Assembly (NCBI RefSeq): GCF_037042905.1
Contig: NC_087247.1
Location: forward strand, 63,187,097-63,251,096
Direction of reading: 5' to 3'
Length of the DNA stretch: 64,000 nucleotides
Origin: Lytechinus pictus
Lineage: Eukaryota
Part shown: positions 28,991 to 41,872 of the stretch, in pieces
How positions within the stretch are numbered: the first letter of the stretch is position 1
Layout of the letters: every line of letters starts with the position of its first letter
Position numbers and translations under genes: made by a program
The notes under the pieces: model-generated
What the model was told of the DNA's origin: nothing
Seen by the model: only the letters and a program-made list of their open reading frames with translations
Database searches by the model: none

Positions 28991-30219
28991 TTGTTGAAAA
29001 TAGATATTGTCATTGTAAACAGGAAAATGTTTGTTAATAATTTGTATCAGTTATGAAATATCTAAAATGAAATATATAAAAAACGAACCGTTTTTCGTTT
29101 TTTTCTACTGAGATATTATTTTCCTATATTTTCTCTGCATAATGGGAATTTAACAAGCGTTTATACTTCTTCTATTTGTATTTGTTGTTGAAAATTAAAC
29201 ACGCATTTGCAATTAATTTTTGTAGTTTTTGCTTTGACAAGCCTATTCCTATTTGTTTTTTATGTTTTTTTTTTTTTCATTTTTCGCTTTGACAAAACAG
29301 AAAACTGAAGACTACCCTCTACGTCTATTTTTTAAAGCGAGCTGAGGGCAGCTGTAATCCGGGTAGGCAAAAAAGCAGAAACATAAGAGAAAAAGTAATT
29401 AGGACAATGTTTAAATGTAAATCGTTTAAAATATCACAGTGCTAGTACAGTGAAGCTGGTGAAACTGATTTTTCTGTCGATTTGAAATTGTTATTTTCAT
29501 CTACAGTGAATATTCATTGTCCTTCCAATAGCAGACTATTAAAAACGACAGTAACTTGTTGATGCTGTTGATATATTGACTTGTCTATGAACCAAGATAA
29601 AACAAAATCTTTTTCAGTAGATTTAAAATTTTGATTTTGATTTTTTTTCTCTTCATATTGTCCCTCGAATGTGGTTTGATCCGTAACAAGTTGATGGAAC
29701 AGAAAAACAGCGTTGCATGGTTTAATTGAATTTTTAATTGAATTGAATGTACGGGTATCGGGTATGATGGCTTATCTGTGAATTGATGTCAATAAAATTT
29801 ATCGAAACTTGGTAGTTAGTGGTGCGGATGTATCCTTTATGTTTGGCTTAGCCTATGAAAGAAGAAGAAGACAAAAAAGAGAAAGAAAAGAAGAAGAAGG
29901 AGAAAAAGAAAAAAGAAAAGAAGAAGAAGGAGAAAAAGAAAAAAGAAAAAGAAGGGGCTGTGGATCCGCCCATAGGCGGAGTTTGAATTTTCTTTTTTTT
30001 GTAATGAAAGAGGCACGCAGATCTCATTTAGGGGGCTAGAACTTTTTTAAAAGTGTTCTGCAAAATGTCAGTTTTATGGTGTGGCATCATTTATTAAGTG
30101 CGATCCATATCCACTTCAGAATTTTCCTACACAGTGCTTGAAATAGTGCATGAGATCACCTTTTTTCAGATCGGAATATCAAATACTTTTAGCTCGGGCT
30201 TCGCGCTCGCATTATTGTA

Positions 30220-30292
30220 GGGCCCTGGGAACGATTTTTTGACTGGGGGTGCTGATGATAATTTGACAAGCCCCCCCCCCCCCACTAATGCT
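30220..30292 (+). mobile_element. Short SINE-like or terminal repeat module gggccctgggaacgattttttgactgggggtgctgatgataatttgacaagc + C13. Paralogous copies at 34432-34500 (+A16) and 45392-45455 (G14 internal), with related tails at 36330-36480.
   Basis: Three ~60-bp near-identical copies each end in tttgacaagc plus a homopolymer. Two of the copies lie next to reverse-orientation units of the tgcgagcgcgaagcgcgagc satellite (30165-30215 and 34625-34700). Confidence 0.55.
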
Positions 30293-30849
30293 GTAAACAC
30301 TTGACAACGATCATTATTAAAGGGGTACTCCGGGCTGAAAATAGTAAAAAAATATTTGTATAAATATAAATAAAGTAAAAAATAAGATTGCACTGAGCAA
30401 AATGAAGTGTCATGACAAATGGCATAATCTGATAATAACAAAGTTATTGAACATTTTAATACAGCATTATTAAAACAATTATACATACGCCGTCATGATT
30501 GATTGATTGATTTCATTCGTCAAAACTATCACAGGTAATATGAGATACAATGAATTTGAAGAATACCTTGTCAATATATCACATGAAAGTCGAAAGGCTA
30601 ATTTCCAATGGTGTCCTATTGATTGTATAAAACATTAATATATTGTAACGACAAAATGTATAAACTACTACAAGTACTGGAACATGGCAAAAAAGACATA
30701 CCCACCAATCAAATAATTTGCAAAAACCTGAAGCAAACAATAATCTACCTAATATATGAAACAAGATTATATTATACCCTACATTATCTACAATACTATA
30801 GAAACCAACTTATAGAATGTGTGATTTTTACTGGTAATACTGTTCTCGA

Positions 30850-32335
30850 GTAGATTCCAGTCTTAGGTGCTTCTTTAATGCACTCTTAAAACAGCCTTTA
30901 CTTGATTAGGAAGATCATTCCAAAATTAGATGCCATTAAAATAAATAGTGTTCCCTATACGACCTTCACGTTTTGGTAATACAAAATTAAAATTACTATT
31001 TCTAAAATCGTACCTATAGATATTTGATACACGGGTGAAATTATTTGCTATGTAATGATCTAACGTATCCGAATAGAATATCTTATGCACGTGGTGTAAT
31101 ACTAGTTGTTCAGATCTTTGATCTACATGGAGCAATCCAGCCATTTCAAGTTAATTGTATCCGACAAGTGCTCCTGGGCCTAAAACATTAATGAATCTTA
31201 CAATCTCATTTTGAATTATTCTTAGCTTTTTCTTATCCGTCACACCCAGACTATACCGTACCAAGCCGCATTAGCATAGTTGAATAGACATTGTATTAAA
31301 GCAAAGCATAAAATACGTCTAGACTTCATGTTCAAACAGGTTTGATATCTATACAAAAGTTTTAAGCGTGAGTGTGCCTCTTTGGCGATTGAGTCTACCA
31401 ACCCCGTCAATGATATGTCACTTATTTAATTAATTCCCAAATATTTTACTGAATATTTTCTGTCAATTACCTGATTATTATATGAAACCTTGAAATCGTG
31501 TGTATATCTTAAGTTTCGTTTCAAACAAAATAAAATGCTTTCCGTTTTCCCCAACATGTAAACTAAGCTTGTTGTCAGACATCCATTCGATGCAATATGC
31601 CAAATCTGCACTAAGTATTTTATCAATTATCTTTGGATTTGTATCTGAATATAGCAAGACACTAGCATCAGCGTATAAAATTAATTTAGATTCATTAATA
31701 CAAGTATACATATCATTGATGTAAGACATAAAAAGAATGGGGCCTAAAATGCTTCCTTGAGGGACTCCGCATTTAATAAGCAGTGAATCAGAAAGAACCA
31801 TCTCCATGGTAACAACTTGATGAAGATTAGATAAATATGATCCACACCATGTGACACATAAAGAGTCTAAACCCATCACTTCTAATTTCTTTAAAAGTAC
31901 GTTATGATTTACATTAACAAAGGCTTTATGTAAGTCTATGGGAACCATTCCAACCATGCGCCCATGTGAAATTTCATTCCTGATAAAATCTGTTAAATGT
32001 ATTAAACAAGTTTTAATGGAAAATCCGTTACGAAAGCCGGACTGGAATTTGTATATTAGCTTACTTTCTTGAAAGTTTTTCTCCAATTGAGCATAAACAG
32101 ATATTTCCAAAATTTTCGACACTACACTTAATACACTTATAGGCCTATAATTACCAACGTCAGTTTTATCTTTCTTTTTATGTAGCGGGGTAACTTTTGA
32201 AAATGTCATATCATCAGGAAAGGTAGAAGACATAAGAGGTAATTTAACTATATAAGTCAAGTCAGGTTTGTACATATTTCTTGCCCCATCTTTTAAAAAT
32301 ATTGCAGGTATCATATCAAGAACAGTACTTTTTTG
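30850..32335 (-). mobile_element. Degenerate non-LTR retrotransposon (LINE, CR1/L2/jockey-like) ORF2 reverse-transcriptase region. It is 5-prime truncated at 32335 and frameshifted downstream.
   Basis: Minus-strand ORF 31478-32314 carries the RT motifs NYRPISVLSVVSKILE, QSGFRNG.S, PIDLHKAFVNVNH (motif A), GVPQGSILGPILFMSYIND (motif B) and LYADASVL (motif C). Motif C is YADD->YADA, so the second catalytic Asp is lost. Downstream frames carry KYLGI (31426-31626) and further ORF2 tail (30926-31144). A (TGAT)n tract at 30495-30515 may mark the 3-prime end. Confidence 0.8.
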
Positions 32336-33437
32336 ATATTTTCAACATGACCAAGTTCAAAGGTCATTTAGGGTCAATGAACTTTGGCCATGTTAGGGGT
32401 ATCTGTTGAATTACTATCACAACTTTGAAAGTTTATTTGTCTAGTTCATAAAACTTGGATATAAGAGTAATCAAGTATCACTGAACATCCTGTGCGAATT
32501 TCAGGTCACATAATCAAGATCAAAGGTCAGTTAACTTTGGCCATGTTGGGGGTATATGTTGAATTGCCATCATAAATTTGAAAGTTTATGGGTCTGATTC
32601 ATGAAACTTGGTCATAAGAGTAATCAAGTATCACTGAACATCCTGTGCAAGTTGCAGGTCACATGATTAAGGTAAAAGGTCATTTAAGGTCAATGAACTT
32701 TGGCCATGTTGGGGGTATTTGTTGAATTACCATCATAACTTTGAAAGTTTATTTGTCTAGTTCATAAAACTTGGATATAAGAGTAATCAAGTATCACTGA
32801 ACATCCTGTGCGAATTTCAGGTCACATAATCAAGATCAAAGGTCAGTTAACTTTGGCCATGTTGGGGGTATATGTTGAATTGCCATCATAAATTTGAAAG
32901 TTTATGGGTCTGATTCATGAAACTTGGTCATAAGAGTAATCAAGTATCACTGAACATCCTGTGCAAGTTGCAGGTCACATGACCAAGGTCAGTAGACTTT
33001 GGCCTTGTTGGGGGTATTTGTTGAATAACCATCATAACTCTAAAAATGCATTGATCTAGTTAATAATACTTGAACATAAAAGTAATCAAGTATCATTAAA
33101 CATCTCATGCGAGTTTCAGATCACATGACTAAAGTCAAAGGTCATTTAAGGTAATTGAACTTTGGCCAATTTGGAGGTAATTATTAGATTGCTGTCATAA
33201 CTTTCAAAGTTTATAGATATAATATAGTTTATAAAATGTGGATTTAGGGGTAATCAAGTATCACTGACAAGTCTGAGGTCGCATGATCAAGGCCATATGT
33301 CATGTATTTTCAATGAACGTAGAATTGTATCATTATATGAATGGTGTTTTTGGGAATAATTACTTTATAGTACTTTTCACGGTCAGCACTGCTGCTATAT
33401 TGAATCGCAAAATGCAGGTGAGACTGCTAGAGGCGCT

Positions 33438-33474
<37 letters not shown>

Positions 33475-33481
33475 GACGGTT
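32336..33481 (+). repeat. Copy 2 of the TIR/tandem-array family: ~6 x ~165-bp tandem units (32340-33300), then the conserved tail (33340-33440) ending in a T41 homopolymer (33441-33481)
   Basis: Same unit and tail (cagcactgctgctatattgaatcgc..atgcaggtgagactgc) as 28350-28990. The array abuts the truncated LINE RT. Confidence 0.75.
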
Positions 33482-35709
33482 CCGAAATAGTTGAGTCGGA
33501 AATGGGTTTCCGGTGTATTATTGCAGAAAAAAATTAATCTTTACAAAAATATATTATACAATGGTCAAGTGAATGAATTTGTAAGTTATCATTGCAGATG
33601 ACCATTCTAAATTTGCAATAATGACGGCCATCTTTAATTTTTCATGGAAAAAAACAACTTTTTATCAATGACACAAGCGTGCCTGTGACAAGAGATTAGC
33701 TCATCTCTTGTCACAGGCACACTATATACCGAATTGCTTCTTCGACTTTACTTGTTGGAATATCATCTATGCCTTGCTCTACCATGTCTACTGCAATAAC
33801 TTAATCGCAGTTCTCAATCAAGGGAAAACTGAACAGTACAATGATTCTTTTCTTTGATTGTAAACTCAGACACCAATAATGTTATAATATTTCGCTATGA
33901 ACGTTTGAATTTTTGATGCATTGCGCTGTTGATATTTATAAAAAGTGAATTTAATTGAATTGGTTTCACAATGATCTAGGACTTTGTTTACAACCACTTT
34001 CTGTTCTTTAGATTTGGAGTGTTGACAAAAATGAGCATACGGCCACAACAAGAAATATTTGTTTGTGTGCTCTTTAAAAAAAACTGTAATGTTAAAAATA
34101 CACCGCCGGTGTTTAAAGAGGGCAATCACACCAATCATTGTACACTAATCGTGTCCCGCAAAAAATATCACTCGCACTTTAGTCGAGTATACATGTAATG
34201 TGAAAATGAATAAATCATATTGTACATATTTTTTGTATTCGTAAATTGCTTTTTTTTATACAACTGGCTTGCATTTCATGCGATATGTTTCATTAAATAC
34301 GGAGCTTTGAGCCTTCTTTATTTCTTTATTGCATTGAATAGAATACGCAGTCCAATCACGTCTTTATTCTGCAACTCTTTCTGCAACAGGCCCCTGCTGG
34401 ATCAGGGGGAAAAATACATGGAGGTTGGCTAGGGCCCTAGGAACGATATTTTAACTGGGGGTGCTGATGTAAATTTGACAAGCAAAAAAAAAAAAAAAAT
34501 GCAGGGGGCATTTCGTGTTACATTTATCACGTTCTCACACCTAATAGAATTGCAGGGGTGCTTTTCTAAAAAAATGTATCTTTATTGACATACGCAGTTT
34601 GTTCTTCATTTAAAACGTTCTTTAATTATCCAGTTTCAGATCGAAATATCAACAATTTTCTGCTCGCGCTTCGCGTTCACATTATCAATGTAGGAAGATA
34701 CCCAATTACTCATCCTTTTCCTGATTTACAAAACACACACATTATATATATATATATATATATATATTGGAAAATTCAATTGTGTCTCCCCCACCTTTGA
34801 GGAGAGATTTCCGTCAATGCAGTCAACTCACCGCATTTCCCAAAATTATAAACAGGCATATTTCTCTCATTTTTTTCTCCTCACGTTCCTGTTCTACCCT
34901 GTTTTCTTCTTCTTCTTCACTTATTTCTCTCGCCGGGCGTGATTATAGCATCGTTTTCCATAAGGTGGATAGAGCTACAACTCGCTCTTTCCAGCCCTCC
35001 CCCCAAAAAAAGTACTCCACAAGGTCCAAAGGTCAAGCACGCACAAAGTTACACTTTTTTGTCTATTGTGTAATAACAAAAATTAACAACAAAAACAAAC
35101 TGAAGAAGTCTAAAAGATTATTAGGTTTCTGTTATGCAGATTAAAATAATAAAAACACATTTTTAGAGAACAGTAAAACGAAAAATAAAAAACTTTTTGG
35201 TTTTTTTCTTCAAATGGTTACATAATGATCGTTGTTTTTTCTGTGTAAAGTCTCAAAATCATAATCAGTTTTCACACAATATTTTGTTTTTGCTTTTTCT
35301 GTTTAAAAATCAGAAAATGAATTATCTGAGAGTACCTTGATTCAAACATTACATTCTGTGTAAGGAAGCAGGAACTGAGTAGTTTGTAAGGGCTCGAACT
35401 GGTGGTGTACTTTTTGTAGTCTGATTGCGACATATTGCCATTAATATATCTTATTTAGTAAAATTCATAAAGTTTGCATCATGTGGTTAAAAACATGCAG
35501 TTTTTTTGTGTATTTGTTTTAATATCTTTATCATTGTACTGTTTCATTATGCAGCTGATTTGATTGGTCTTCCAAGTATTTTCACCCACCGTGACACAAC
35601 AAGCACTGGAGGTGGCGTGCTCCAGGTAGGACAAACACGATTTCAATAACTAGGATTGTAAATGTTTGCAATACCAGGATGGTGTTTCGTAAAGCTGTTC
35701 ATAAAGTTA

Positions 35710-35768
35710 GGCACGACTTTCGGCACGACTTTCGGCACGACTTTCGGCACGACTTTCGGCACGACTGG
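35710..35768 (+). repeat. (ggcacgactttc)x4.9 12-bp tandem repeat
   Basis: Direct reading. Confidence 0.95.
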
Positions 35769-36289
35769 AACATGTTCTCATTTGCTAGTCAGTAACATAT
35801 AGGGATATACCATTTAGCACAAGAAACTAGTCGAAGGTTAAGTCATTCGTAACTTAGAAACATATTTCTAAAACACCTAACTGATTATCTAAAGTTTCGA
35901 CATTCAGACTAGGAAATATTAAATGTGCAACACATAACCATGATAACTGTGACTAAAAGCAGGTGTCTATAAAATCTGCAACCCTGGCTTTGGTGAGATA
36001 CTGTATCCGGTTTATTAACGTATTTTGTATCCTTTAAGGAATGATATCAATAACTATATACCTTCAGCCCTTGACCCTTGAAGGAAATTAAATATTTTAT
36101 GTTTCCGATTGGAACTTTTGTATTTAGCAAGATAGGGGCAAATTCACCGTTGGCAGGAATGAAATAATTATATACGAAAGATTATTTAAAAGAAAAAAAA
36201 AACATTCGTCACCATTGTTCCAAGTACTATCCAAAATATTAGCACAAAAAGTCATTGTATGAACGATAAAAGCATATACTAACATTGGC

Positions 36290-36530
36290 GGCGGAATGTA
36301 AAAAATTTAGGGGGGGTCCACCTGAAATTTTGGGATGGACAAAAATTTGACAAGCAAAAAAAAAAAAAAAGTTATCAACCAAAATTTTAGGGGGGGACCA
36401 ACATTTTTTTAAGGGGGGTCCACCTGAAATTAGAGGGGACGCAGTAAATAAAATTGACAAGCAAAAAAAAAAAAGGTTCTCAACTTAAAATTTAGGGGGG
36501 GGGGCGTCCCCCCCCCCCCGCTTCCGCCGC
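36290..36530 (+). repeat. Tandem/dispersed ttagggggggtccacctgaaatt ... tttgacaagcA(n) modules ending in a G10/C12 homopolymer pair
   Basis: Three copies of tagggggg(g)(t/a)cca..., two copies of aatttgacaagcaaaaaaaaaaaa, then ggggggggggcgtccccccccccccg. Confidence 0.7.
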
Positions 36531-37246
36531 CTATGTATACTAAACGATCAGTATCGACCGTACAGAAACGCTGTTAGCGTAACATTTTGCTAACACTGCG
36601 CTAACAAAGGGCCCGGTTACAATCGTTAATCTCGTCGCGATGGCTAATGTCAAAGTGCATTATTTACATATGGGATCAACGCTTGACATCACAATCTGTA
36701 TATCATTATTCATAAACAAATCAGCTACTAACAACATGGGTAGAATGATCGCACAGAAGGCACAGTTAGCGCGCCGTTAGGCGCGAGTGTTGTTAGGGGA
36801 TTTGAATATCTATAGCCTAATTTGTGCATAGTGATCTACATTTAACTTAAGATTTAGTTATGATTATTTGCACATCCTACAAGTTTGAAATCTTGTCTAG
36901 GAAAGGGTAAATGAATGTAATTTATTATTACATAGGCCTAAAAACATTTCCTTATTATTACATTTTAAACATAAAATGAAAGCAAGTAGTAAATATACAT
37001 TTACTAATTTAATTTTTTTTAAATGCTCTTCACAGACTTCACTCACCATGCTCATGATAGAGTATTTGTCAATGATGATTATCATGCGATAAATTTCATC
37101 AGCTATTGTTCTTCTTTCCAATGTAGGGTCTATTCTTAAAAATGTATTCAAACACTTAAAATACGATATATCTTGGAAGAAGAAAAAATCTTGATGAAAA
37201 GGATCATATCTTGGCATTAATCAACATCCCCGCTATATACCGATTC

Positions 37247-37790
37247 TTAAAGGGGTACTCCAGGCTGAAGAAAATAATACGGTATTAACAGTAAAGTGAG
37301 ACAAACAAGACACTGACAAATTTATAAAAATTGAAAATGAATACAAAAAAACATGCTATCTTAAAATTTTGCATTAGGCACTATTCGGTGAAATTTATAT
37401 TCATGTCTTTAGGAATATGCAATGAGGGTCTGTTGTATCATACAAAATTAGATTTATTTAAATTTTGCCCACCCAGAATATTGCTTCAAAGATCATCACT
37501 TTGTTACTCGGGTGACATACACACATTAGAGACAATTACGAGTTCATTTCAATAAAATCAGAAAAGGGGAAAGAGCTAGGGGATATGGCATCATCGTTCC
37601 ATTTATTGCATATTCATGGCCACATGCTGCTCAGTAATATAATTTGCAAAATACAGTGTTAAAATTTTTAATATTCAAGAATTTTGTTATTTTTATCAGA
37701 TTTTGAAGAAATTTTCAGCAATTTGCTCATCTAATTTTACTCCATTTATTCATATATTTTTGTGTGGGCCCGGAATACCCCTTTAATTCG
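37247..37790. mobile_element. MITE (~545 bp) with ~17-bp TIRs ttaaaggggtactccaggctg / gggcccggaatacccctttaa. A second 5-prime TIR copy is at 30317-30344.
   Basis: The terminal inverted repeats were read directly. The interior is AT-rich and non-coding. Confidence 0.6.
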
Positions 37791-38329
37791 GTCGAGGTCT
37801 ATTATAAATTACTTGGTATATGAAAGGGAGACAAGTTATAAAGGGATATATTATTCACTAACATCGTCACTTTTGGTGCCCTTGGCACTGTTAGCGATTT
37901 GTATTAACATTAGCGCCACTGTTAGATTCTGCTGGGCTTTTTATTGTTAGATTATTAGGAATTCGGCTAAGCTTCTGTGGGTTTATCGATACCGATAGTC
38001 CTCCTGTTAGTGCTCTGTTAGTGAAAACTATGCATGTAGGCGGTGGTCGCCCGTGAAAGGTGTGACGGGCCCTACTGTTAGCGTTCTGTTACGCTAACCC
38101 CGACCTTTCGTTGGAGAACGCGAACGCTTATTTGCGACGGTAGTTGATTTTTGAAGAGACTTTTGGGCCCGTCGTCATGGTCGTAAACTCTGTCCTGCAA
38201 TGCAAATTGTGTGACATAAGATTTTTTTTCGTTTCGCATCTAGAACGGAAACATTCAATCTGCGTTTCGTGTGCAAAATTCTGGTTGCTACTATGGTAAC
38301 AACGATATATCCGATTTAGGACGACTTTC

Positions 38330-38680
38330 CAAAGCCACATTTGGTTCCTCCCAGAACTCGAGAGGCCGCCCGGGGGGCCCACTTCCATTGAAGAGTAGAT
38401 ACCAGGCGCGACCACGCGTAAAAAGGGAAAGAGTGGGCAAGTACGTTACGTATAGGCCTATGTAACGTTATAAGGGTGTCAAAAACGATGTTTAAAATAC
38501 TGAAAAGGAGGATATGTTTTAAATACTTGTAGGGTTTCACAAGCTAAATACTTGTTAAGAGATGCATTTTCATAATCTGGAAAAGCCTTGCTTTCCTTGT
38601 TTAGGGTGCTTTTCGAAACCGCATGGTCAGGCCTGGTATCCACTCATCAATGGAAGTGGTCCCCCCGGGAATTCGAATCT
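38330..38680. repeat. Imperfect inverted repeat (ccacttccattgaagagtagataccaggc at 38379-38407 vs gcctggtatccactcatcaatggaagtgg at 38630-38660) inside GC-richer sequence
   Basis: Direct reading; probably a TE remnant. ORFs 38271-38465, 38316-38540 and 38627-38908 overlap it and show no recognisable domains. Confidence 0.5.
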
Positions 38681-40328
38681 AATCCCCATTTCTGGGGAAA
38701 GTAAAACATAATGCCCATTACATTGTGCTAGAGGCATATTGTTTGTGAAGTAGTAAACAAAAGAAAAAAATCCGGCTGGTACGTGTTCACACGTACGTAT
38801 ACATGCTGTGTACATAATCAACGCATGCGAAATGGTTTCGGCTGGAGAGGTGATTTCACCCATGGAATCAATTGCCAGAGATCCACCAATAATCCACATT
38901 AAATGCAATATCGATTAGATGGACTGTAATGATCTATATCTAAGCCTTAATTCAGTAACTTTGTTTGAAAAAACACTTTGTTATCCATGTCATAATCTAT
39001 TGTAGGTCCTGCATTTCGAATATCTCCAGCCATCAGTCGTAATGTACATGCATGTAGGGTGCGGATGTCGCGGGAAAAAAATTTTGCACACGAAAAGCAG
39101 ATCTGTAGGGCCTGTAACCCCCCTGTAACACAAAGCTTAGCATTGTTTGTAGAGCAGTTTTCTACGTTTGATTCTATTGACTATAATGTACAATCAATTT
39201 TAAAAATCAAGTGTATGATTAAGCGTTAACTTTTGTGTTAGGGGACCCTAATATTAGCGTCCGTGAGGATTGCGAAAGGTGGCTAACAACGCTTCTGTGC
39301 GGCCGCCACTGGTGTTTACCCGTCTCTTACAAAATGAATAAGTGAAATAGTTTGGTACATGGTTGGTGATAAAGGATCAAAATAGAGTATGGAGAAACAT
39401 GCTATTTCCGTCAGTATGTGTCTTCCTCAACGTGTATGTACGTGCTATCATATCTGTGGACGTCATTATGCAAATCGGTGTGCAGCCACATGGTCGAAAT
39501 CAGCTGCTTTCCTCACAACCCATTCAATAAACCCAGTCAAAAAAAGGGCTGGCAACAAAACAGGAATGTATTCCTTCCATTCTCTTTCCCGCCTCATCCA
39601 GCGGAAATTAAGCCCGCCTATAGAGGACGCAGGTGAGCTTTCTACGACGTCTCCGGCACAACTCATTAACTCGTCGTCTTCCGCGAGGATACCATCTGAA
39701 GCCTTGGAGTCCTCCAGAGATATTGCTAGGGAATATCTGAAGCCAATACGTTTCTAGAAGACCACTCGGTCGTGTAAATCAACCCAGGTGATTGGTACAG
39801 AACGCCCAAAGGTCGATTTGCCTCGGGCTGGCGTGGATGACGCCTTTAATGATGCACGTTCGATTTAGCACCAGGAATCTATTTCTGTCTCACCACCGTC
39901 TTCATGTACATATATATCATAGAATGTCGGTACTGAAAAGGTTGCTCTTAAAAAGGAATGCTCATTGGTTTAGTGATGACGAAACCCTGACCTGAAATAG
40001 AAACTCGAAGCAATCAGCCACAAAAATAATTTCCTTAAGATCCTCGATTAGAGACATTGGTAATAAAAAAAATGTTTGTGATAAGATGTTAATTGGACCA
40101 TACCGACTTCCTAAAAATATGTTCCGTAGACCTAATCCTATCTCTTAACCGTTCCTCGTTTTATTCCCTTGATTTTCTTGAGAGATCGAAAAGAACATTT
40201 CCACTCCAGATTTTTTTTTGGCCATTCGGTATTCTTTCATCATCAAGTAGTATGCCGCATGTGTAGAAATCACTTTTGATAATTTAATTGACTATCTTAC
40301 ATTCTTAAATTGACTGCTTAAATTCATG

Positions 40329-40503
40329 TTAATGGAAGATTTTACGGTAAACACCATGTATGTAGTCCTGAAAAGGACTGTTTGTTATTTTTTTCTTTAT
40401 TGTATTTTAGCTCTGAAAAGAAAGCTAACATACAATCAAGAAGAAATAACAAATAGTCCTTTTCAGGACTACATACATGATATTTGCCGTAAAAACTTCC
40501 ATT
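40329..40503. mobile_element. Foldback/MITE of ~175 bp with ~58-bp arms (~90% identical as reverse complements), each containing the palindrome agtcctgaaaaggact
   Basis: Left arm 40334-40390, right arm 40443-40503. ORFs 40326-40553 (+) and 40342-40536 (-) are its mirror-image artefacts. It lies 170 bp upstream of the HDC exon at 40675. Confidence 0.8.
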
Positions 40504-40674
40504 ATTCTCTCCACCATGGAAACCTTCAAAGATCATCTAAATTCATGTTATAGACAAATGTTTAACACTGTTTAACATACTTTTGAAATTCAACGTTATT
40601 TCTCTTTGCTTTACTAAAGCATATCATGAGGTATCTTTTAAGTTCCTTGTCAAGTCTGTTTCATTATCTTTCAG

Positions 40675-40815
40675 GGCACCATGAGTGAGGCCACTTTAGT
40701 ATCCATGTTCGCTGCTCGACGAGATGCTATAATCCGACTTCAGGAGAAACCAGAATACCAAGGCATGGAGGAAGCGACGATATGTTCCAAGCTAGTTGCT
40801 TACTGTTCAGATCAG
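40675..40815 (+). CDS. HDC: HDC exon: GTMSEATLVSMFAARRDAIIRLQEKPEYQGMEEATICSKLVAYCSDQ
   Basis: Matches HDC STVSESTLIALLAARKNKI....LVAYASDQ. Acceptor tctttcag, donor gtatta. 141 bp, phase 0. Confidence 0.9.
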
Positions 40816-41552
40816 GTATTATTACCCAGAATTTAAAGCATTTTACCTGGCTCAAAGACTACAGTAGGCACATGCAAGCATGTAAGATATATCTTTGGAA
40901 ATTTGAGTTGTTATCTCTCTTGCTATAGTCCGATTGTTTGCTAGTTTACCATTCATGGAACATGTTCAAAACAAACACACAAGAAGTGGGCACCAACAGC
41001 GTATATATATATACAGCCAAACGAGATGAATTTTTGCAACGCTTGCGGGCAGTGAGATATATATCATGTAGCTCAAGGAATTTTTGAAGATTAATATCGT
41101 TATATTAAAAGAATTGAAAACTTTAAAGCTTATGGTATGTATAGGTTATCATATCATTGATGATTTGTAGCGACTACATTCAACATCTTGAGTCTTTGAA
41201 AGTAAGCCTAAGTAAGTGAGACAAATGAAATTTGAGTGTTATGATAGTAATAAGTTTTGCAAATCTATAGATTTATTCAGAATTATTCAGAATTAAAACA
41301 TGTCACAAGCATTGGAGAAAACTGATTTTTTAATATTTTTATTTACCTTGTTCATCACACTCAGCTTGATCTTTGACATGATCACTCGGATTTTAATACT
41401 AAGTTTGTTTGGATTGTCAATGTACCGTGGAATAGAAATCAAGAGATCTTGAAACTGCGTAGCTTTGAATCAGGATTATGAAAGTATGAACACTTTTTAA
41501 TAACCATGAGATGAATAATATCATATTATAAGGAGATATTTAAAATTGTCAG

Positions 41553-41655
41553 CATGGACGGCGGAGCAGAGGATTTACTTTTGTATGGGGGTGGGGACGC
41601 AAAAATGCATGCCCCCATGAACAAATGATAATCCTCTGCTCTGCCGCCGATGATT
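41553..41655. repeat. Nested palindrome/hairpin (gacggcggagcagaggat ... atcctctgctctgccgcc, with inner atgggggtgggg..ccccatga) 75 bp upstream of an HDC exon
   Basis: Direct reading. Confidence 0.7.
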
Positions 41656-41728
41656 GTCAGTACTTTAAAGACTCAATTAAGATAATATATATGTATATAT
41701 AAATACATTTATGGCCTTGGATTCTCAG

Positions 41729-41872
41729 GCTCACTCTTCCTTAGAAAAGAATGCAGTGATAGCCATGGTGAAACTCAGACATGTGCCCTCAGATAAGAAG
41801 CTTAGCCTACGAGGAGAAGCGCTTCGTGCTGCCATTGAACAAGACAGAAATAGAGGACTGGTCCCTTTCTAT
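41729..41872 (+). CDS. HDC: HDC exon: AHSSLEKNAVIAMVKLRHVPSDKKLSLRGEALRAAIEQDRNRGLVPFY
   Basis: Matches [48 protein letters not shown]. Acceptor ttctcag, donor gtaagt. 144 bp. Confidence 0.9.

Noticed and set aside
29809-30039. 76-aa ORF with an RRRRQKRERKEEEGEKEKRKEEEGEKEKRKRR stretch
   Set aside because: It translates a GAA/GAG tandem repeat (29870-29950), not a genuine basic protein.
38271-38465. ORF peptide …GRLSKATFGSSQNSRGRPGGPLPL…, considered as the missing HDC exon (human [23 protein letters not shown])
   Set aside because: The resemblance is only vague, with no GGGV(L/I)Q and no fitting splice phases. The region is part of an inverted-repeat TE-like structure (38330-38680).
39389-39757. 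122-aa and overlapping ORFs in the GC-richer segment 39389-39995
   Set aside because: There are no recognisable motifs. Open frames overlap on both strands, which is typical of a degraded TE or GC-rich spacer. It was left unannotated.
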